Shown here piece after piece: positions 37,727 to 46,416 of a stretch of 64,000 nucleotides of DNA. The stretch lies in assembly GCA_030749725.1 (NCBI GenBank), contig JASMJM010000173.1, positions 4,521-68,520 on the forward strand. The letters are read 5' to 3'. The DNA comes from Pseudomonadales bacterium (GTDB taxonomy: Bacteria; Pseudomonadota; Gammaproteobacteria; Pseudomonadales; Azotimanducaceae). Within the stretch, counting starts at the first letter, position 1. Every line of letters starts with the position of its first letter. The position numbers and the translations under genes are program-made. A model generated the notes under the pieces. It had not been told where the DNA came from, made no database searches, and saw only the letters and a list, made by a program, of their open reading frames with translations.

Positions 37727-39684
37727 TCAGTCGAGATAAGTCGCAAGAAACTCTTCCATTTCTTCAAACAACAGAATTCGGTTCTTTTGCAGGCTGAGGT
37801 GGTGGTCACCATCTTCAAGTTCTACATATCTGTAGTTCTTTGGTTTCTGACGTTTGAGCGCCCGATTCATCTTGCGGCCGTGATCAATTGTTACCGTTCT
37901 GTCTTCCGTTCCGTGCACCATCAGCACGGGGATCTTGATTCTACTCGCGAGTTTGACTGGTGAATAGAGACCACGTTCCTTACGGCTGGTTCCTAATAGC
38001 TTTCTTACTGCGCTACCGCCAATGAATTTCATTTGGTTGCTAACGAGTATATTCAGGTCTGTGACACCAGCAAAGCTCACCGCACACTTGAAATGTCCAT
38101 CATCTCTGGCAGCAGCCATCAGAGCAGCATAGCCACCGTAACTTGCACCGACGATACAGGCTTGATCATCCTTGTCCAGCCCTTGGAACTTAAGCCACTT
38201 AAGTCCATCCACGATATCATCCTGCATGGTTTTACCCCAGTTGAGCAGCCCCTGACTCATAAAATCATGACCGTATCCATAGGAGCCACGGAAGTTCATC
38301 TGCAACACCTGATATCCCCGGCTTGCAAAGAACTCTGTCCAGTAGTCAAATTTGGTATTGTCACGAGCGATCGGGCCCCGTGGGGGAAGATGACTGTCGG
38401 TAAGGGTTCTGACGAGCCTGCCCACGAAGGCCGAGCGAGAAATCCCTCAATTTCGGTCCCATCAGATGCCTCATAGGTGACCATTTTCTTACCGTGAATG
38501 TTTGATTCATCGAGTCCAGGATAGAGTCTGGCCAATCTGGTGACCGTAGTTCCCTGGCCAAGGTAGAATGTGCCCGGGTCTTTCGTTCCAGAGGTCATCA
38601 CAATATAGGTTTGTTCGGTTCTGTCCATGTCCAGTACGAGAACTTGTCTGTCCTTGAATGTATTCTTTAGCGCACGCTCAAAAGCCTTGTAGCTGGGGTC
38701 CCAGAACGAGATGCCACCCAACATGGTACTTCGTATGCCAATGACTGCACCGCTCTTTGCTGAATAAAACAAACTGCCGGAGACATCATAGAGGGGATGG
38801 GCGTAGATCAGTTTTTGGTCACCCGGTTCACGCACATCTATCTTGAAGATTGAGTCCCGTCCATCATGTAAGGTGACGATATAGAGCGTGTAACGGTCCG
38901 GGTCGAATCCCAGGATTTTGATCTTATCCTGTGAATAGGATTCAAAGTCCCAGAGCGGTTCGAACTCTCTTTCTCCCGGCGCTTTATACAGTACTCTGTT
39001 GGTGGCACCTTTTCGGTAGAAGCCAATGCGGATTTCTTGCTGACGATCCGTCAACCATCTGCGGATGTCACGCTTAAAGTTCTGCACAACCTTGCCGCAA
39101 GTGTTTCTCTGTAGATTGACTCTGCAGACCTGGGGCTCCCCCGGACTTGCCAGATCAACACTCAACAGAATGTGGTCCGGATCGTTTTCGAGGATATCCA
39201 CAATCCGATCAAGATACTGCGGGCTCCAATCACCGGGTCTGTGTTTGATAATTCGTCGGACATTCGTCCCATCTGCATTGGCAACCAGCATTGTTGTGCC
39301 ATAGATCTTGGTGTTCTGAACGTTGGTCATGAAACGACTGCTGATCAGCAATTCGCGATTGTTTGCCCACTTCACCCAGTTGTATCCAACTTTGCTGTTG
39401 CTGTTTGTGAAAACCACCTGCCGTTGCTTGGAAACCAGATCCATTGTGACGATAAGCTCTATTCCGGATTCGCTCTGGATCAACGCTATACGCTGACCAT
39501 CCGGTGATAGCGCGATGCCTTTGACTCTGGGAAGTGCTGCGTAGGTCGAAAGTGGAAGCCTTTCAGGATGTTGTGCTGCGAGAAGGTCGGGAATCGCAAA
39601 GCATAGCAGTGTTGTCAGAATAAGCAGGGAGTGCCCTAACAGCGAGGTGTGCTTCATATTGTACTTAGTTGCTGTGATTGGCAT
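37727..39684 (-). pseudogene. S9 (prolyl oligopeptidase/DPP-type) serine peptidase disrupted by a 1-nt frameshift
   Basis: ORF 38296..39684 (signal peptide plus propeller-like N-domain) ends ...TVIFPHGARS. ORF 37727..38425 continues in another frame with GPIARDNTKFDYW...GASYGGY...HGTEDRTV...GDHHL (Ser/Asp/His triad). Adding one G to the G4 run (plus-strand C-run 38376-38379) restores the canonical HGGP. Confidence 0.8.
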
Positions 39685-40019
39685 GGATGATTCACCAGGT
39701 TAACTCACAGGCCGCCATCGTATAGCGTCGGCAACCGCATGCTGATCGCCGGGCCAACCGGCGACCATTGCGAGCGTGCGACGATATTTGCCCAGCCATG
39801 GTATGAATTGGCCCTGCTCCACTCAAGCGGCGGCATAAAATAGTCCTTATGATTTGTGTGGTTAATGATACTGCAGCTGTGAATCTTGTCCAAGCCGGTA
39901 ACATCTCAACACTTGGGACAAGATCGATCGGTACCACATTGGGGGTGGCTCTCGCGCGCCTCTTCCAGTTACCATGTCCGTATTCACATTTAGCAAAGAG
40001 ATGGACCATGTCTATCTGG

Positions 40020-40203
40020 GCGAATTCATCAGCAGCAGTGGGATGATCATACCACCATACCGATCTGTCCTATGACCACGCCTGCTGGGCCCAGCTGTTT
40101 TCCAACGCAATTACTCTGGTGACAGACATGGGTAGCATTCTTGCCCACGGTTCTATCGTGGCGCGGAATCCGGTTGTTTCTATGGTGAGAGGATTGATTG
40201 TAA
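40020..40203 (+). pseudogene. relic of the 3' end of a third Rph-like phosphotransferase gene (K3)
   Basis: nt 40063-40166 align with the K1 His-domain DNA. They translate as ICPMTTPA then, after a 1-nt deletion near 40085, WAQLFSNAITLVTDMGSILAHGSIVAR. Similarity is lost after ARE. The relic lies directly upstream of ABC C1. Confidence 0.7.
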
Positions 40204-42618
40204 GTGAATGAACAGAACCTGATTAATGCACTGCCGACATGGGGTGATGCTGATCTTCCCGCCCATCGCGATCGCAGCGCCGACTCGGATCCGCGCGGAC
40301 TGAGTGATGTCGTTAAGATACTGATACGCACCTGGCCGTTTCTGTTGCCGCAGATCCTGGGGCATTGGCGTGATTACACTCTATTGCGTTCCTCGACCTT
40401 GTCTTCTGCCGATAGTGATTGGAGCTATGGCTATGTACCTCCACTCGTGACCGTACTTGCACTTATCGGCCCGGTTTCCGGACTTACCCCGATTGGTGTC
40501 AACTGGCAGCTTGATCTGTTGGTTACGGGCAGCGCAATCATGACCTTGCTCACCTGGTCATTGATGATCGTTACAGGCAGGTGGTTTATCGCAGCCGCCG
40601 TCTTCCTCGTGTTGATCAGCAGTGGCACCCTTGCATTCGCAGTCATGGTAGTAACGGGTTGGACGGATAACCTGCAGGTCGGCTTGGTATCTTTAGGTTG
40701 CCTCGGTATCTGGTTGCTGCAGTTTAGAAGAGCGAACGGGGCAGTACAGGTGCGGATCCGTTTAGGATGCCATCTGGTCTACTACTATGTATTGGTGTGG
40801 GTAGGTCTATTGTTGACCACCATAGCCGGACTGTTCACCATTGATCTGCTCAATCAGTCAATTCTGCAAGCCAAACCACTGACCCCTTTCCTGGCAGACT
40901 TCATCGGCCGGCCGGATATCGCCAGAGACAGCATCGAAACCCTGACAGTTGCCCAGCGACAGGAACTGCAAGTAACGTATATGGTGCTGGTGGTCGTAGT
41001 CGGGTTCCTGATGTTTCCATTCGCTGCCGTATTGCCTTATTACAATGTGTGGATCATGCAACGCATCAACCAGGATTTGAGACTGGCACTGGTTGAACGC
41101 TGGCACCAGCTTTCCCTCCGATATCACAGTGACCACCGCGTGGGCGATTCCGTCTATCGCATCTACCAGGACAGTGCCCAGGTAACTGCCATCATCGGTA
41201 TGCTGATCTCGGTGATTCAGCAACTGACAATGTACCTGGTCACAATCCTCTTTGTCACTGCCCTCGATCCCCTGCTGGGATTGCTGGCGGCAACGATTGG
41301 CATCATTGCCATTATCTGGGGTCACTGGTTTTCGCCTCGTCTGCGTGTCAGATCACTGGTGGCCCGGGAAGCCAATTCAGATCTGACATCACGTATCCAG
41401 GAAGTTTTTGCTTCCATCAAGGTGATTAAAGCCCATGGCACCGAGGGGCTTGAGCAGCAACGCTTTGAAAAGGATTCGGTGGTGGCTTTCAATTCTGCCT
41501 ACAAGGTGCGCTCATTGACCGCCATCGTCACAATCGTCATGTTTACCCTCAGCGCTGCCATATTGATCGGTGGGGAATTCATGATGGCAATCTGGGCCAA
41601 TGAGAGTCGAGAGACATTCGCTGCCGTACTGATTGGATTGATCGGCCTTAGCTTTGTTAAGTGGAACCTGGCTGCATTTCAATGGGCACAGGGGGAGTTT
41701 TTCAAGACCAGTAGTCAAGTGCGGGGATTGCTGCGCTCATGGACCAGCGCCCAGGACATGTCAATGGGCATCGATCGTGTATTTCACATCCTCGACATTG
41801 AGCCGGATGTGCAAAATGACCCCAACGCTATTCCCCTGCCGCCATTCAGTGATGAAATCACGTTCGACAACATCAGCTTTGCCTACGAAGCGGACCGTCC
41901 GGTGTTGCACAATGTCAGTTTTTCTGCAAAGCCCGGCACCATCACCGCAATCGTTGGGCCAACTGGTTCCGGCAAAAGCACACTGGTAGGACTGTTGACG
42001 CGTATCTTCGATCCGGATTCGGGCAGTATCACCATCGATGGCAACGACCTGCGCAAGCTGGATCTGGACAGCCTGCGTGGCAATGTCTCTATCGCGTTAC
42101 AGGAAAACGTCCTCTTTGCCATGTCGGTACGAGACAACATTCGCTATGTAGTACCAGATGCTACAGACGATCAAGTTCGTGTTGCAGCAGCGGTCGCCTG
42201 CGTCGATGACTATATCGATGAACTGCCGCAGGGCCTGGATACGATACTGGGTGACCGGGGAGGAAAACTCTCCACCGGGCAACGTCAAAGACTCTCTATT
42301 GCCAGGGCAATAATGAAAGACGCGCCGATACTTATCCTCGATGAACCTACCGCCGCGCTCGATGCGAACACGGAGCACCGGGTGCTGGAGAGACTTGCCG
42401 AGTGGGGCGAAGGCAGAGCCATCTTTTTGATCACGCATCGTATCTCAACCATACAAAGGGGTGACCAGATCCTTTATATCGATCAGGGCGAGATTATTGA
42501 AAGCGGTTCTCATGCAGAACTTATGCAGATAACCGGAGGACGTTACCGGCGTTTTGTCGAAACGGAATCGTCCTTATCTAACCGTTCCAGTGAGGCGGGA
42601 GATGGCAGCCATGACTGA
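40204..42618 (+). CDS. ABC exporter fused permease/ATPase, subunit C1 (extended N-terminal membrane region)
   Basis: GTG start. 804 aa. GPTGSGKST, LSTGQRQR, ILILDEPTAALD. Shares RTWPF and INQDLR motifs with A1/B1. About 140 extra hydrophobic residues sit near the N-terminus. Confidence 0.8.
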   Translation: MNEQNLINALPTWGDADLPAHRDRSADSDPRGLSDVVKILIRTWPFLLPQILGHWRDYTLLRSSTLSSADSDWSYGYVPPLVTVLALIGPVSGLTPIGVNWQLDLLVTGSAIMTLLTWSLMIVTGRWFIAAAVFLVLISSGTLAFAVMVVTGWTDNLQVGLVSLGCLGIWLLQFRRANGAVQVRIRLGCHLVYYYVLVWVGLLLTTIAGLFTIDLLNQSILQAKPLTPFLADFIGRPDIARDSIETLTVAQRQELQVTYMVLVVVVGFLMFPFAAVLPYYNVWIMQRINQDLRLALVERWHQLSLRYHSDHRVGDSVYRIYQDSAQVTAIIGMLISVIQQLTMYLVTILFVTALDPLLGLLAATIGIIAIIWGHWFSPRLRVRSLVAREANSDLTSRIQEVFASIKVIKAHGTEGLEQQRFEKDSVVAFNSAYKVRSLTAIVTIVMFTLSAAILIGGEFMMAIWANESRETFAAVLIGLIGLSFVKWNLAAFQWAQGEFFKTSSQVRGLLRSWTSAQDMSMGIDRVFHILDIEPDVQNDPNAIPLPPFSDEITFDNISFAYEADRPVLHNVSFSAKPGTITAIVGPTGSGKSTLVGLLTRIFDPDSGSITIDGNDLRKLDLDSLRGNVSIALQENVLFAMSVRDNIRYVVPDATDDQVRVAAAVACVDDYIDELPQGLDTILGDRGGKLSTGQRQRLSIARAIMKDAPILILDEPTAALDANTEHRVLERLAEWGEGRAIFLITHRISTIQRGDQILYIDQGEIIESGSHAELMQITGGRYRRFVETESSLSNRSSEAGDGSHD

Positions 42619-44641
42619 CACAATGGACGTCAAAACGTCACTCAGGTCAACGGAAGAGAGTCTGGACCAAGCAGCACATGCACTGGATGTTCATACTGAC
42701 ACCAACTTTTGGGAGGCCATTCGAATAGTTGGTCGCGGCATTACCTACATCAGATATTTCAAGGTACGATTCCTGCTGAGAGCTTTGTTATTCTGGCTGA
42801 GTCTAATGTCACCTCTCATTCTTCCCTGGCCAATCAAGATCGTCATCGACAACGTCATTCTTGGATTGCCCATGGGTCAGGGTACTGTCTACCCTCCTTA
42901 TTTTGTGCCCTTTATCGAGTTTCTGGATGGCAGGGATCCCGTGGAAATCATGGCCTGGATCGTTGTCCTCGCAGCGTCCTGGGTCATTCTCTTTGGCGCC
43001 TTTGGTACTGGAGCAGCTCAGACGTGGACGGAAGGTTTCCTTGCTGAGGGTCACGACACCGCCACACGAACCGAAAACGAAGCGAATGAAGCGGCCAGCA
43101 AATTATCCGGTTTGGTTGGCCTGATTGAGTTCAGACTGGTTCTCAGGCTCACCCAGGCCGTGAATCACCTGATTCGAGTGCAGTTGTTTGAGCGGATCAA
43201 TTCACTGTCCATGAAAGAGCTAAACGATCAACGGATCGGTGACAGCGTATACCGAATCATGTACGACACACCATCGATCACCAACATATTCTATCAGGCA
43301 GTCCTGTCACCGGTATCGGCTGTGTGGACCTTCTGCGTCGTGCTGGCAGTGATGTCCTACAGTTACGGCGACGCACCTGAATTGATCTGGCTGGTGTTGC
43401 TCATGCTGCCGTTACAAACAATCGCCATGACTCCTTTCTTCCGTCCCATGAGGCGACGCGCTCAAGCCAGTCGTGCCGCCGGATCTGTTACCACTGGCAA
43501 TATCGAGGAAGGCATGAGCAACGTGCTTGCCGTTCAAAGTCTCGGTGGCAACAAGCGCGAACGCCAGCGTTTTGGCAAGGTCAGCAACGAATCCTTTAGA
43601 CGATTCAGGGGACAGATACTGGTGGATATTCTCCGGGGAGTATCCTCAAAGGCGGCCGGTGGTTTGCTCGGACTGCTCGCTTTCTACATGATCACCAGCA
43701 GAGTCATCGAGGGTATGTTGACACCCGGTGATTACGGTGTGCTGCTATATTATTTCCTGTGGCTAGGCGGTTCACTAACCGCTCTTCCCTATGTGTGGTA
43801 CCGCATCCAGGAAAGTATTCCCGGTATCCGACGCGTCTTCTTCATCATGGATTTACCTAACGAGGTAATGCGTGGCGGAATAGATATTCCACAGATTGAG
43901 GATGCAATTGAATTCAAAGACGTTGGCTACACTTACACCGATGGACGCAGGGCACTGAGTGGTATAAACCTATCCACCCGGATTGGGCAGATCGTCGCGT
44001 TTGTCGGCCCAACCGGCGCAGGCAAAACCACCCTGGCCTATCTGGTGCCCGGCTACTATGAACCAACAGAAGGAAATGTGTTGGTGGACGGAGTCGATCT
44101 GAGTGAGATATCCCTCGCCAGCCTTCGACAGCAGGTTTCCTATGTATTTCAGGAATCCCAGTTATTCTCAGATTCAATCCTGGACAACATTCGTTACGGT
44201 AAACCGAATGCAACGCTCGAAGAGGTCGAGCAAGCCGCGCGTATTGCCGGTGCTGACGACTTTATCAAGGCACTGCCGGATGGATATGATACGCGCCTTG
44301 GAACAGTCACCAGCAAAATCTCCGTGGGCCAAAAACAGAGAATTGCTATTGCCCGGGGCTTGCTCAAGGATTCCAGCATCCTGATCCTCGATGAACCCAC
44401 ATCTGCTCTGGATCCTGAAACAGAGGCTTACCTTGTGAACGCTTTACATGAAGCCGCCAAGAACAAACTCGTCATCATCATTGCTCACCGCCTTTCTACC
44501 ATCGCGCATGCAGACACAATCGTATTCCTCAAGCAAGGTGAGATACTGGAGCAGGGATCCCACCAAGAGCTGTTGGCTGATCCCGAAGGGGCATATCGGC
44601 ATTATCTGATGTTGCAGGCTGCTGACACAACGACGGTATAA
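42602..44641 (+). CDS. ABC exporter fused permease/ATPase, subunit C2
   Basis: Start at ATG 42602 or 42611, overlapping the C1 end. GPTGAGKTT, ISVGQKQR, ILILDEPTSALD. NDQRIGDSVYRIMYD is shared with A2/B2. Confidence 0.8.
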   Translation: MAAMTDTMDVKTSLRSTEESLDQAAHALDVHTDTNFWEAIRIVGRGITYIRYFKVRFLLRALLFWLSLMSPLILPWPIKIVIDNVILGLPMGQGTVYPPYFVPFIEFLDGRDPVEIMAWIVVLAASWVILFGAFGTGAAQTWTEGFLAEGHDTATRTENEANEAASKLSGLVGLIEFRLVLRLTQAVNHLIRVQLFERINSLSMKELNDQRIGDSVYRIMYDTPSITNIFYQAVLSPVSAVWTFCVVLAVMSYSYGDAPELIWLVLLMLPLQTIAMTPFFRPMRRRAQASRAAGSVTTGNIEEGMSNVLAVQSLGGNKRERQRFGKVSNESFRRFRGQILVDILRGVSSKAAGGLLGLLAFYMITSRVIEGMLTPGDYGVLLYYFLWLGGSLTALPYVWYRIQESIPGIRRVFFIMDLPNEVMRGGIDIPQIEDAIEFKDVGYTYTDGRRALSGINLSTRIGQIVAFVGPTGAGKTTLAYLVPGYYEPTEGNVLVDGVDLSEISLASLRQQVSYVFQESQLFSDSILDNIRYGKPNATLEEVEQAARIAGADDFIKALPDGYDTRLGTVTSKISVGQKQRIAIARGLLKDSSILILDEPTSALDPETEAYLVNALHEAAKNKLVIIIAHRLSTIAHADTIVFLKQGEILEQGSHQELLADPEGAYRHYLMLQAADTTTV

Positions 44642-44791
44642 CGGCCATTTTGGGTGATGTTCCCGACACTCACTTGGTGAATTCAATTGAGCAGATGTTA
44701 TATTGACTGAATCGAGACACGCGAATCCTGATGCTTGACGCACCCACGGCAGCCGATGATCCGCAAAACGCTTGTAACAAGGAGTACTTCG

Positions 44792-45547
44792 ATGTCCCAA
44801 CTCAAAGACAAGGTTGCTATCGTGACTGGCGGTGCCGGTGGGATCGGCACCTGCATAGCCATGGAATACGCCAAAGCGGGCGCGGTGGTGGTCATCGCCA
44901 GCCGAACTCAGAAAAACCTGGATAAAGTTGCTGAAAATATCCGTTCTTCAGGTGGCGAATGTCTCGTCGTCGCCAGCGATGTCACAGACCCGGCGCAAGT
45001 AGACAACATGATCCAGCAAACCGTTGGCCGGTATGGCCGTCTGGACATCATGGTGAACAACGCCGGTGGTGCTCTCTATATGAAGCCTGCGGAGGTGCTG
45101 TCTTTCAGGGAATGGCGCGAAGGAATCGCCCTGAATCTTGACAGCGTCTTCCTCTGCAGCGCCGCAGCCGGTAAGGAAATGATAAAACGAAATGGCGGCA
45201 AGATTATCAATATCTCTTCAGTTGCCGGTATCAAGACCTCACCGAATTTCGTTCACTACGGTGCCGCGAAAGCCGGTGTCATCAGCCTGACCAAGTCACT
45301 GGCGGAATCCTGGGGACCACACAATATTACTGTGAATTGCATCGCCCCGGGTCTGACTGCAACCGAAGGCGTCAAGGACTGGTTACCCCCGGACAAGAAA
45401 CCAGATGGTACACCCGTACCCGTGCTACAGCTTCCATCCGGTCCTGAACACGTTGCTAATCTGGCAGTCTTCCTCGGGTCAGCGGCAGCAGACCGTATCA
45501 CCGGTGAAACCATACCCCTCAGGTCTCTCGTTAGCTTTGACCGTTGA
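44792..45547 (+). CDS. SDR family oxidoreductase (SDR-2, paralog of SDR-1)
   Basis: ATG after GGAG gives MSQLKDKVAIVTGGAGGIGTC. Roughly half the residues are identical to SDR-1 by eye, including the unusual PPD.K.DG.PVP.L.LP segment. Confidence 0.85.
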   Translation: MSQLKDKVAIVTGGAGGIGTCIAMEYAKAGAVVVIASRTQKNLDKVAENIRSSGGECLVVASDVTDPAQVDNMIQQTVGRYGRLDIMVNNAGGALYMKPAEVLSFREWREGIALNLDSVFLCSAAAGKEMIKRNGGKIINISSVAGIKTSPNFVHYGAAKAGVISLTKSLAESWGPHNITVNCIAPGLTATEGVKDWLPPDKKPDGTPVPVLQLPSGPEHVANLAVFLGSAAADRITGETIPLRSLVSFDR

Positions 45548-45589
45548 ACGAACCATCTGACGACGTACAACAATACGCGAAGACGTTCG

Positions 45590-46021
45590 CTACCGCTCAA
45601 GTGGATTCACATGGCGCACACCAACGAAACGCCTGAAGTCGTAGTCGGCTGAATAGATGGCGGCACCGAGCTCTATGGCTAAAGACGCTAACATGGTATC
45701 TGATGTGAGATTACCTGCTGTTCCTACTTGTAGCTGTAAGTTGCGGAAAACCTGCCACTGATTCTCGCCCCCATCCACAAAACTGACATAAGGTTGCGCT
45801 AACCACTCGTCAACGTAAGCGATTGCTTGTTCAGGGGTTAACGGATTACTTAGGATGCCTGGTCGCGTTGTGATTCTGATGAATGCCAATATGACAATCC
45901 AGGCAAAACCGACCTCTTCACTCGCCGACAGAGTTTGTTCCCACCAGCTTCTTGCCTTCGCATGATGCGTTGAGTCACTGTTGACCGCATAAATCAGCAG
46001 ATTGGCATCGACCAGGATCAT
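45590..46021 (-). CDS. vapC: type II toxin VapC (PIN domain)
   Basis: 143 aa. MILVDANLLIY start (first PIN acidic residue). ATGA overlap with the upstream antitoxin gene. Confidence 0.8.
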   Translation of the reverse strand: MILVDANLLIYAVNSDSTHHAKARSWWEQTLSASEEVGFAWIVILAFIRITTRPGILSNPLTPEQAIAYVDEWLAQPYVSFVDGGENQWQVFRNLQLQVGTAGNLTSDTMLASLAIELGAAIYSADYDFRRFVGVRHVNPLER

Positions 46022-46281
46022 TTGCGAAGCTTGAGTTTTCGAACGATCTCGTCGTCTTCCAGTTGATCTGCGAGCTGAAGACTCTTGGTGAGGTCATAAC
46101 TCGGATCTGGTTCCCCCAGAGAACTAGTCTTAAGTTTATATCTGCGTCTGGGACGAGTAGATTTAGCTAATCCTCGTTGTAGTGTCTCGTTCACGACTTG
46201 CTTATAGGTCTTGCCTGTCTGCTTGGCAATCTTCTTTAGTTTTCGATCAACAGCATCGTCAAGAGTTAATGTCGTGCGCAT
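46018..46281 (-). CDS. vapB: type II antitoxin (VapB-like, ribbon-helix-helix type)
   Basis: Start chosen at MRTTLTLDDAVDRKLKKIAK. About 87 aa, immediately upstream of and overlapping vapC. Confidence 0.7.
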   Translation of the reverse strand: MRTTLTLDDAVDRKLKKIAKQTGKTYKQVVNETLQRGLAKSTRPRRRYKLKTSSLGEPDPSYDLTKSLQLADQLEDDEIVRKLKLRK

Positions 46282-46416
46282 AATAATGTCCTTGCAGGCA
46301 TTAGACATCATAGCACACGAACATGAGGCATCAAGGCATCAATTCATCTGCTGCCCTCAACAGGCAGATATCTGGCGTTCGGATGTGCCCAGGCGCTCGC
46401 CAGGAGCAATCTGCCA

